Assembly: GCA_907165135.1 (NCBI GenBank)
Contig: OU015566.1
Coordinates: 8,184,001-8,248,000 of the forward strand
Reading direction: 5' to 3'
DNA length: 64,000 bases
Source: Oikopleura dioica
Lineage: Eukaryota > Animalia > Chordata
Shown: in pieces, positions 52,601 through 62,785 of the stretch
Layout of the letters: each line of letters starts with the position of its first letter
How positions within the stretch are numbered: the stretch's first letter is position 1
Position numbers and translations under genes: made by a program
Notes under the pieces: model-generated
What the model was told of the DNA's origin: nothing
The model's input: the letters and a program-made list of their open reading frames with translations, nothing else
The model's database searches: none

Positions 52601-52801
52601 TTTTTTCCTTTTTTTTTCTCGTAAAAAACACTCAAAAATATTTGAATATAATTTTATTTAATAAATTCGTCTGCAACGTAAGTCGGCCGAGAAATTTCGT
52701 GAAAAATTATTTTCAAAAAATTTAGAATTATTTTTTTTGAAAGCTGAATAAAAACCATAATTTGAATTAAAACCTGGATAAATTGTATTTTAACAGTTAG
52801 T

Positions 52802-52860
52802 GGGGGTGGGTGGGGTTTGGGAAGTAACTGAAATTGATCACCTCAGAGTTCCCTGCCATT
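52802..52860 (+). other. Array leader: G-quadruplex-forming tract plus TGATCA-centred hairpin
   Basis: GGGGGTGGGTGGGGTTTGGG (52802-52821) fits the four G3+ run pattern; TGATCA at 52835-52840 is flanked by CTGA/TCAG. Confidence 0.6.
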
Positions 52861-55681
52861 GTCAAGCCCCTTAAATTTAAAAATCAAGGAACGGGGCTGA
52901 AACGGCCCGAAGGGCCGTCAAGCCCCTTAAATTTAAAAATCAAGGAACGGGGCTGAAACGGCCCGAAGGGCCGTCAAGCCCCTTAAATTTAAAAATCAAG
53001 GAACGGGGCTGAAACGGCCCGAAGGGCCGTCAAGCCCTTAAATTTAAAAATCAAGGAACGGGGCTGAAACGGCCCGAAGGGCCGTCAAGCCCCTTAAATT
53101 TAAAAATCAAGGAACGGGGCTGAAACGGCCCGAAGGGCCGTCAAGCCCCTTAAATTTAAAATCAAGGAACGGGGCTGAAACGGCCCGAAGGGCCGTCAAG
53201 CCCCTTAAATTTAAAAATCAAGGAACGGGGCTGAAACGGCCCGAAGGGCCGTCAAGCCCCTTAAATTTAAAAATCAAGGAACGGGGCTGAAACGGCCCGA
53301 AGGGCCGTCAAGCCCTTAAATTTAAAAATCAAGGAACGGGGCTGAAACGGCCCGAAGGGCCGTCAAGCCCCTTAAATTTAAAAATCAAGGAACGGGGCTG
53401 AAACGGCCCGAAGGGCCGTCAAGCCCTTAAATTTAAAAATCAAGGAACGGGGCTGAAACGGCCCGAAGGGCCGTCAAGCCCTTAAATTTAAAAATCAAGG
53501 AACGGGGCTGAAACGGCCCGAAGGGCCGTCAAGCCCCTTAAATTTAAAAATAAAGGAACGGGGCTGAAACGGCCCGAAGGGCCGTCAAGCCCCTTAAATT
53601 TAAAATCAAGGAACGGGGCTGAAACGGCCCGAAGGGCCGTCAAGCCCCTTAAATTTAAAAATCAAGGAACGGGGCTGAAACGGCCCGAAGGGCCGTCAAG
53701 CCCCTTAAATTTAAAAATCAAGGAACGGGGCTGAAACGGCCCGAAGGGCCGTCAAGCCCTTAAATTTAAAAATCAAGGAACGGGGCTGAAACGGCCCGAA
53801 GGGCCGTCAAGCCCTTAAATTTAAAAATCAAGGAACGGGGCTGAAACGGCCCGAAGGGCCGTCAAGCCCTTAAATTTAAAAATCAAGGAACGGGGCTGAA
53901 ACGGCCCGAAGGGCCGTCAAGCCCCTTAAATTTAAAAATCAAGGAACGGGGCTGAAACGGCCCGAAGGGCCGTCAAGCCCTTAAATTTAAAAATCAAGGA
54001 ACGGGGCTGAAACGGCCCGAAGGGCCGTCAAGCCCCTTAAATTTAAAAATCAAGGAACGGGGCTGAAACGGCCCGAAGGGCCGTCAAGCCCCTTAAATTT
54101 AAAAATCAAGGAACGGGGCTGAAACGGCCCGAAGGGCCGTCAAGCCCCTTAAATTTAAAAATCAAGGAACGGGGCTGAAACGGCCCGAAGGGCCGTCAAG
54201 CCCCTTAAATTTAAAAATCAAGGAACGGGGCTGAAACGGCCCGAAGGGCCGTCAAGCCCCTTAAATTTAAAAATCAAGGAACGGGGCTGAAACGGCCCGA
54301 AGGGCCGTCAAGCCCCTTAAATTTAAAAATCAAGGAACGGGGCTGAAACGGCCCGAAGGGCCGTCAAGCCCCTTAAATTTAAAAATCAAGGAACGGGGCT
54401 GAAACGGCCCGAAGGGCCGTCAAGCCCCTTAAATTTAAAAATCAAGGAACGGGGCTGAAACGGCCCGAAGGGCCGTCAAGCCCCTTAAATTTAAAAATCA
54501 AGGAACGGGGCTGAAACGGCCCGAAGGGCCGTCAAGCCCCTTAAATTTAAAAATCAAGGAACGGGGCTGAAACGGCCCGAAGGGCCGTCAAGCCCCTTAA
54601 ATTTAAAAATCAAGGAACGGGGCTGAAACGGCCAGAAGGGCCGTCAAGCCCCTTAAATTTAAAAATCAAGGAACGGGGCTGAAACGGCCCGAAGGGCCGT
54701 CAAGCCCTTAAATTTAAAAATCAAGGAACGGGGCTGAAACGGCCCGAAGGGCCGTCAAGCCCCTTAAATTTAAAAATCAAGGAACGGGGCTGAAACGGCC
54801 CGAAGGGCCGTCAAGCCCCTTAAATTTAAAAATCAAGGAACGGGGCTGAAACGGCCCGAAGGGCCGTCAAGCCCTTAAATTTAAAAATCAAGGAACGGGG
54901 CTGAAACGGCCCGAAGGGCCGTCAAGCCCCTTAAATTTAAAAATCAAGGAACGGGGCTGAAACGGCCCGAAGGGCCGTCAAGCCCCTTAAATTTAAAAAT
55001 CAAGGAACGGGGCTGAAACGGCCCGAAGGGCCGTCAAGCCCTTAAATTTAAAAATCAAGGAACGGGGCTGAAACGGCCCGAAGGGCCGTCAAGCCCCTTA
55101 AATTTAAAAATCAAGGAACGGGGCTGAAACGGCCCGAAGGGCCGTCAAGCCCCTTAAATTTAAAAATCAAGGAACGGGGCTGAAACGGCCCGAAGGGCCG
55201 TCAAGCCCCTTAAATTTAAAAATCAAGGAACGGGGCTGAAACGGCCCGAAGGGCCGTCAAGCCCTTAAATTTAAAAATCAAGGAACGGGGCTGAAACGGC
55301 CCGAAGGGCCGTCAAGCCCTTAAATTTAAAAATCAAGGAACGGGGCTGAAACCGCCCGAAGGGCCGTCAAGCCCCTTAAATTTAAAAATCAAGGAACGGG
55401 GCTGAAACCGCCCGAAGGGCCGTCAAGCCCCTTAAATTTAAAAATCAAGGAACGGGGCTGAAACGGCCCGAAGGGCCGTCTAGCCCTTAAATTTAAAAAT
55501 CAAGGAACGGGGCTGAAACGGCCCGAAGGGCCGTCAAGCCCTTAAATTTGAAAATCAAGGAACGGGGCTGAAACGGCCCGAAGGGCCGTCAAGCCCCTTA
55601 AATTTAAAAATCAAGGAACGGGGCTGAAACGGCCCGAAGGGCCGTCAAGCCCCTTAAATTTAAAAATCAAGGAACGGGGCT
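52861..55681 (+). repeat. Tandem array of about 50 near-identical 55-56-bp units
   Basis: Unit GTCAAGCCCCTTAAATTTAAAAATCAAGGAACGGGGCTGAAACGGCCCGAAGGGCC, period 56 (52861 to 52917). Variation is mostly in C-run length plus rare substitutions. Confidence 0.98.
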
Positions 55682-56206
55682 GCGCCTTACCCTAACCCCA
55701 GTGCCGCGGCACCGTGCCGTGTCCAAACTGAAATTCACTGAATGGAGCGGCACAGCACGGCACGTGCCGTGCCGTGTCCGTGCCGCAGTGCCGTGCCGTG
55801 CCGTGCCGTAGACTTTTCCCCACCCTGGCAAGGAGCTTATTCCGTTTCGTCTGGTTTTCAAAACAAGCCAGCCAAGTTCAATAAAGCTGATATTTTCGCC
55901 GCTTAGCAGTTTTTATAACACGTTTTTATATTATGAAAATAGTCATAAAGGTTCTGATATGGTTACTTTTATCGTGTATTTATGGCGGAAAAGGTTCGAT
56001 AAGATTTCCGAAAAAAACGTTTCACTCTTTTTCGTTAACCGCTCATTGTTTTTGCTGATAGGTGATAGTTGCTGGTAGAAGCTTTTGAGCTAGCAGAAAT
56101 GGCGATAGAGAAGAACGTGATAGAGGGTCAAAAAGGAAGAAAAAGATTGAATAAGAAAGCGAGAGAATTTATTGATAAGAAAAGTACAAGGCGTAAATTT
56201 ATCTTT

Positions 56207-57048
56207 TTAGAACTGATTGAAAAGAGCAATCGTTGCAAAAAGTGAAAAATTGAGCGCTGATAAGCGAGCTGCTGAAATATTAATTAACGGCGCGTCATCG
56301 TAGAAGCTGAACCAGTCATCGGAAGTGTCCTTGCTGATATCGTCGCCTTGCTCGAGTTCTATGAGCTCTCTGTCAAACTGCGAGTAAGTGTATCTAATGG
56401 CGAGCATTGTGTGGTAAGTTTCTTTTCCTTATTTAAAAGTTCAATACATTTTCATCAATTTTTTTGCGATTTTCTTCACGCTTTGAACTTTTTCCTTCAA
56501 GGAAGCTTCCAAAAGTCTCATCAGTTTTAAACGCCGGGCAAATTGAATCTAATTTCTAAAGATAAAAGAGAATATTACCCCAATCATCAACTCAATTATT
56601 ACCTCGTTCAGCAGCCATTCTTCATCTCGGATGTCCTCAAAAGCGATTTCTAGCGAATCGCTAATCACATTAAAAATAATCCTGCTTTATCGGCAAATAT
56701 CAGCTTGTTGGCTGCATCTTGAGCTTCTCTGCAAATCGCTTTCGTTGGAAAATTAAGTTCAATCAAAGACTGGCTTCTTCGCTGATTGTTGATTAGTTGG
56801 ATTATGTCGCAGGCTTGTTGAGGGTTTTTGTGTTTGTTCTGCACCTCTAGTATGTAGATGCAGATATCTCTTTTCAGAAGGCTCTTTTGTTACAGTTGGT
56901 TATCGTTTAAAAATTGTTAAAGAAGTTGCCCGTGCCTGAAATCCTCTTGAATTTCTTCGTACACTTCCTGTTCCATTACTGCATCGACAGTAGTACTGAT
57001 ATTCATACAGTACCCAAAAGTAACGAAAGAAGGAAGCCAAGCCCTCAT
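56207..57048 (-). CDS. Hypothetical secreted, probably GPI-anchored protein, multi-exon
   Basis: N-terminal MRAWLPSFVTFGYC. Exons join through a GC-AG and a GA-AG intron. Hydrophobic C-terminus AARLSALNFSLFATIALFNQF. Confidence 0.5.
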
Positions 57049-58495
57049 GTTTTTATCTGCGCCGGATTCTCGCTGAATGAAGCGATTTTATAAGGAATAT
57101 GCTGAATCACTCTTTCTTGGCAGAGATTCTTTTCAGCTTCGTTTACCGGATAAAAGTCACCGGCAGATGATTATTGTGCGTTTTTAGTTTGCCGAAGGAG
57201 GAATCATTTTTTACTATATTGTTCGATATTTATTTTTTCATTTTCGAGACAGTTTTATTTTTCAATAAATGATTGATTTCCTCCTTGAAAATCAAGAAAA
57301 ACGTTTAGTCATAAAAGCTTCAATAGTAATGTTTTTCATTGTCAACGTGCTCGGAATTAGTGTTTGTTTTATTTGAGCTTCAGTTTAAATCTTAGTTGCT
57401 CCACGAGCGGATTTTAATCAACCTTTTTCAGGGTACTGTTACTCTTTTTCACGTGCATTCACGTGGTCGCTTGAACTCTTCAGATTAATTTTATTTCAAA
57501 TTTAAATTTTGAAATGCAAAATGAATTAATTAATTTCAACAAAAGTATGACGGAATTTGGAAAAAACGAACCTTCCAATAAACTCCAGGTTGTCAGGTTT
57601 GTGAGTATGAAAAATATTTGAGAAGAATGCGGCTTTCGGCTCACCTCAAAAACGTATTCTACAAACGGTAGTTAGTATACTCTGAGGGCTACACAGCGAA
57701 AAATGTCCAAAGATGTTTTAGTGCGGCAGTCGGAGTACGTTGTCTAAGCACCGATCAATCAAGCGGTTTGGAGACAAAACGACGCGAAAATTTTCGTTAT
57801 AATAAACTTATCACTAAAGTTTAGTGACTCTTATTTCTAAATTTTCACGCTTGGAACAACCGTCGGCAAAGTGGCAGCTTTGTGATTGTAATGAACCGTA
57901 AATCGAACGTGCGCGCAGTGATCTCAGCCGCCGGTGTCAACGACCGCTGCTTCTTGATTCGCATTCCATCGCGGTGAGCCTCAAGTGCCTTAGAAGGTGT
58001 CGCGCTGAGCTTGATGTAACCAGCTGGCGGCAATTGAGCTAACCAAAGACTCGTCGAATGTTCCATTTCAAGACTTCTGCTCATTTAGAAAGCATAACTG
58101 AATGGAAACAATCATACCCTTATTCTTAGGGCCTAAGAGTAGTAGCGAAGTTCGTTTCACATCAGCATATTAGCAAGTATGCCCTTTCAGCCGTGAAGAT
58201 CACTGATCTTAGATCAGCATCTATTTCCACTAGGGCGGTTGATTGAAATCGTTTTTTGTATATAATTTTCATATCAAACGGCGGAATAAGTAAGAGATCT
58301 TAAAAATGCGGAAAGAGAATAGGATAATTTTTATTTGTCTCATCTTCGGCGCTGTTATTATAAAAAGTTCTGAAATCTTTCAATATGCTGTGGATAGTCG
58401 AATTCATACAATAATCCTATTCCTTTTGAAATATAAAAAAATGATCAATTTGATGATTTAAGTAGAACTTTGTTAACAGACCTTCAACAATAGTT

Positions 58496-59407
58496 ATGGT
58501 CAATCTTTTCTACGACACCTCGATAAACATAAATGAAGAAGTCAACCTTGACGTCCAGCAAGAAGAAGAAGAGCCAGTAAGAATGTTTTTCGCAGCGGAA
58601 ACTGGATGCCTTTTTGAAAACGAAACTTCCCAGCACATCAATTTTAGTAAAAACATAACGAATTTTTGCTATCCGGATTGCACCGAGCTGTATTTCTACG
58701 AAACTATCAATGAGGTGAGCAAATTTGAAATATAAGCATTTACATTCTTTAGCTCCTTTTTGATAGGATTTTTACAGAGTTACTTTCTATCGGACCTTAT
58801 GGGCCTTACAGATATGACAAAGAAATAGCAAATTTTTTCAAAGCTCAATTCGACGATAGCATCATCACAACTATTCCTGGAAGAGAATGGTTAGTCTAGT
58901 CACTTCTATAATTTGATAATTATTTTAGTCGTAACTCAAAGTGGGGAATGGCATTTCGCAATGGAGAGTTTCCCGAAAATGAAAAATCACCCGGCATCCC
59001 AAATGAAATAAGCATTTTCGCAAAAGAAACTTCAGCAGATTATCCTCTTGCGAATATTACTTTCAATGTAACGGAGACTCATAAATTTCACGAGTTTGAA
59101 CGGGCGACGACAAACTACTCACTTGGAATGGATTCAGAATATGATCTCAAACTCTGTCGACTCAATCAAGTTTTGGGCATTTTCTACAATTTTCTGTATG
59201 TTTCCGAGGACTCTAAGGGCCTATCCTATCTTATCATTGTTATTTAGGTATCCAACATATGAAAATCTGGGAGTTATTAGCTGTCCACCAACTTCTGTTC
59301 TTTGTGGAAATTCTTATGTGCTCGAATTTCGAAGAGAATGCAATGATTTCATGGACGAGATATACAATATTCCAGTTGATTCTACTGTTTTAAATGTTTC
59401 AGAATAA
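58496..59407 (+). CDS. Hypothetical Cys-containing glycoprotein-like product, multi-exon
   Basis: ORFs 58496-58735, 58948-59247 and the end of 59096-59407 look like consecutive exons with several NxS/T sites. Start not resolved. Confidence 0.3.
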
Positions 59408-60556
59408 AACCATAAATAGCACTAGAGACCTTATCAACGTGAAAACGCGTCGGTACAAGATCATGAATTGTTTTTGGATGAAATAAGCGCAGTGGAAAGT
59501 AAGTGACTCGCAAAACAAACTCGCAAGAGGAGAAGGAATCCAGCTGAGCCAAAGAGGGCCGAGACGAAGTTGGAATCAAGTACCCAAGGAAATAGTCTTG
59601 AGCCAACTTGAAATACGCTCGAGTCCGTTTTGGATTAATCTTTGCCCGTCTGATACTGACACTTTCTCAAATAATATTTTAAGAATTTTTAATTAGCGCT
59701 TTCGCACGCTCTTTCTAAATTCCAAATTTCAAAAGTCTTTGATAACAAAAATCACCCTTATGACCACAAATAACTAGTTCTGTTCTATCTACAGTGGTTT
59801 GAAAATCAGTGTCCTTCTTATGTCACTTAAATTTACCCACCCTAAAATTTAGGGTCCCTAAATTTAAGGGCAAACCGCAACAATCGATTTTCAGCGAGAA
59901 AATGATGAAATTTTTAGAAATATTATTATTGACAAGAATCTTGAAGAATAAGAGTGAACAGCTCAAGGAATATAAGGAAAGTGTATATAAAAGTGGATCT
60001 GAAGAAAGTTTCGTGAATTTGAAGATTAGCAGTTTTAAGTTGAACGAATTTCAGCGGCGCTCCTTCCGCTGTGAATTTAGAGATGGGCACCCAACCGGTC
60101 CATTTCCGCGATCGCATAATCGATGTCTTCCTTTCTCACCGCCGGATTCGAAACTGAAAGGTAAATTTTAGTGAAATTCAGACTTGTTGAGATTCAGGTG
60201 CAGCGAGAATATCTTTGCGATGCAGCAGGGCGAGTGTACTCACACTAACAAACACCTTGTTTGGTGAGATCATCTAAGTGTTTTGTTTATGTCATTGCAT
60301 AAACTAGGTACTGCAAGAAACTAGGTATAACTGCCATTTACAGCTGCAATAGATCCGGTTTATCGTTCTACTCAATTTTATGGTAAATCGACCTTCTAAC
60401 GGGATCAAGTTTAAATCCAGAAAACATGTTCTTCTCCCTATATCATGGCTTTGAAGTTCATGTCACATGAACCCTGAATCATGACGTAAAATTGTGAATT
60501 TCGTATTGGGAAAAAATGATAGATGAAAAATCAGGCGCAGTAAAATTTTAAGCGCT

Positions 60557-61000
60557 CTATCTTATTTGCGGAACATGCTCGGCGATAATTTGCGATAATA
60601 AGTCGCGAGAAGTTCTTTGAACTTCTTCACTCGAAATCGGCTTCTAAGAGAGATTATCCTTACGTAAGATAGGATTCTAAGTCTCACCTCGAATATTTTT
60701 TTTTATAAAAAATTATCAAATCGCCTAGTTCCTTCCTGTCATCTACCGAATCTCTTGAATAACCGATCGGCGATCGCCCAATCGATAAAAATCAACTTAC
60801 CGATCGCTCTCCAAAAGTTGGGTTGTCCCTTATGTGGCTGAAAGGTTATCATCAAGGACCCTTCAAACATCATCTTTTCCTTCAACGCTGGGGCGACCTT
60901 ATGAATCTCTGCCTTCCAAATCGTATCGTGGGGTCTGCATCGGAGCCGCTTTGGGACGTACCAGAAGCAGATATTCGTAGGGTAAACGCACAAAAAAATT
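60557..61000 (-). CDS. 3' exons of a group II PLP-dependent decarboxylase (GAD/CSAD/GADL1-like)
   Basis: PTNICFWYVPKRLR..IHKVAPALKEKMMFEGSLMITFQPHKGQPNFWRAI matches the GAD/CSAD C-terminal domain (TNVCFWYIP..LHKVAPKIK..MM..G..MVGYQP...NFFRM). No upstream exons are recognisable in the window. Confidence 0.8.
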
Positions 61001-61596
61001 AACTTTTTCCGTCGGAAGAGTATTGACCTGAAACTTGGCATGGTAATAGATGATGCATAACTACTTTTCAAAATTTTTTTTTCAAAAAAAATTTTTAAGG
61101 TTTTCAACCTTTTTAAGCCTGGAAAAATGCTAACTTCTGAGTGGATCATGTTAGAGGGCTCTTGAATAGCTAGATCGGCGCGGAATGAGCTCCTGATCAT
61201 TATCATAAAAAAATTTAGTGACCATATCTCCGATGACTCAGAAATCGCCGAAGAGTGTTACGTAACCTTGTTATGTAACACTAATTAAGACATAAAATTG
61301 CTGTAGGACCAAAGAAATATATCTAAATACTTTTCAGCCCAAAAAATAATGACAATTTTTCATCCCTTTTCCTGGAGGACCTAAGGGAGGACTTTTTTCA
61401 GGAAAACAAGGCATTGCTTGAAAAAAAAAACTTTTTAATTTTTTTTTAAATTTAGTTAAAGAAATATTTTAACGTAAAAAAATATAAAATAACCTTCACA
61501 AAAACCACTTTCTTTAAATAAAAACTTATAAAAATTCCGAAAAATAAACACCATAATAGAAAAACCCGTAGAGGAAACATGGTAAAAAATAGAAAC

Positions 61597-61665
61597 GGGT
61601 GAGGGTGGGGTTGGGGACAGAACTAAGACTGATCATCTTAGTCTTGTTTTCTTATCCCGGCCTTT
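61597..61665 (+). other. Array leader 2: G-quadruplex-forming tract plus TGATCA-centred hairpin
   Basis: GGGTGAGGGTGGGGTTGGGG (61597-61616); ACTAAGA-CTGATCA-TCTTAGT hairpin. Confidence 0.6.
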
Positions 61666-61990
61666 GTCAAGCCCATTTTTAATTAAAAGCCAGGGACGGG
61701 GCTGAGATGGCCCTTCGGGCCGTCAAGCCCATTTTTAATTAAAAGCCAGGGACGGGGCTGAGATGGCCCTTCGGGCCGTCAAGCCCATTTTTAATTAAAA
61801 GCCAGGGACGGGGCTGAGATGGCCCTTCGGGCCGTCAAGCCCATTTTTAATTAAAAGCCAGGGACGGGGCTGAGACGGCCCTTCGGGCCGTCAAGCCCAT
61901 TTTTAATTAAAAGCCAGGGACGGGGCTGAGACGGCCCTTCGGGCCGTCAAGCCCATTTTTAATTAAAAGCCAGGGACGGGGCTGAGACGG
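61666..61990 (+). repeat. Tandem array of 5 full plus 1 partial 56-bp units, homologous to array 1
   Basis: Unit GTCAAGCCCATTTTTAATTAAAAGCCAGGGACGGGGCTGAGA(T/C)GGCCCTTCGGGCC, period 56 (61666 to 61722). Confidence 0.97.
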
Positions 61991-62360
61991 GAGAGTTTTT
62001 ATTTAAAAAAGCAGAAAATAAAAATTTTAAATTTCGAATTCTTCCATCATCCAGATGTCTTCCACCAGACAAAGTCCTCCAAAAGTCCTCCAGGTGATCA
62101 CATGATATTTATCAATTTATTTTAGATAAAATTTAGGATTTAATTTACTAAATTACAAAAATCATTATTCTTCCAGCATTTTATTGGTCTTCCAGCAAGA
62201 AGCAAAAGGTCCTCCGGGTGATTCCTGATCGATCAGAGACATTGTCACTAAATTTTTTTATCTTAAATTGATCAGAATTTCGAGGCGCATCGAACTAGAC
62301 TATTCACGACTTGATAAATGATGACATCTCGTCGATAAATGAGTTCGTTTTATTTGCAGT

Positions 62361-62403
62361 GGCTTAACGTTTTCGGAACAGCAAAAGTTCCATCATCAGA
62401 GCC
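62361..62403 (-). ncRNA. Minimal type I hammerhead ribozyme (antisense copy)
   Basis: Exact reverse complement of 62710-62752. Confidence 0.75.
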
Positions 62404-62709
62404 GAAGTCTTGGAGTTACTTGTAAACCTTCCAAAAACAGACAAACGTACCTTTTGGTGAAAACTGCAGAACTGATCAAGCTCCCAAAAACAACCATCCC
62501 TCCAGATAGTGTTCTAGAGAATTTAACCCATTAAAAACTCGAAAATTTGTCAGAGGCTCCTACTCAAATTTTCGAGTTTTTAATGGGTTAAATTCTCTAG
62601 AACACTATCTGGAGGGATGGTTGTTTTTGGGAGCTTGATCAGTTCTGCAGTTTTCACCAAAAGGTACGTTTGTCTGTTTTGGAAGGTTTACAAGTAACTC
62701 CAAGACTTC

Positions 62710-62752
62710 GGCTCTGATGATGGAACTTTTGCTGTTCCGAAAACGTTAAGCC
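62710..62752 (+). ncRNA. Minimal type I hammerhead ribozyme
   Basis: GGCT-CTGATGA-T-GGAAC-TTTTGCT-GTTCC-GAAA-ACGT-TA-AGCC: stem I GGCT/AGCC, core CUGAUGA, stem II GGAAC/GTTCC, GAAA, 1-bp stem III with palindromic ACGU loop, UA cleavage site after 62748. This is the form described for Penelope-like elements. Confidence 0.8.
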
Positions 62753-62785
62753 ACTGCAAATAAAACGAACTCATTTATCGACGAG

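Larger units (their letters stand above)
52455..55827. mobile_element. Non-autonomous hAT-superfamily element (3,373 bp) carrying a tandem array
   Basis: Terminal inverted repeats CAGGGTGGGGAA at 52455 and TTCCCCACCCTG ending at 55827. Perfect 8-bp TSD GCAAGGAG at 52447-52454 and 55828-55835. Subterminal GGCAC/GTGCC pentamer clusters at both ends. No transposase ORF. Confidence 0.88.
61159..62310. mobile_element. Old element with long imperfect inverted termini enclosing array 2
   Basis: Collinear inverted matches: 18 bp perfect at 61205-61222 vs 62244-62261, 10 bp perfect at 61371-61380 vs 62085-62094 (internal spacing 149 vs 150 bp), and TGAATAG at 61163 vs CTATTCA at 62300-62306. Confidence 0.55.

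Noticed and set aside
52861-55681. CRISPR-like array
   Set aside because: The sequence between hairpins is identical in every unit (no unique spacers), there are no cas genes, and the context is eukaryotic.
52861-55681. Hammerhead ribozyme encoded by the 56-bp unit (GAAAC-stem-GTC resembles stem III plus a GUC site)
   Set aside because: There is no CUGANGA core on either strand, and array 2 has GAGA in place of GAAA.
55667-55861. 64-aa ORF on the minus strand
   Set aside because: It is a translation of the hAT subterminal GGCAC repeats.
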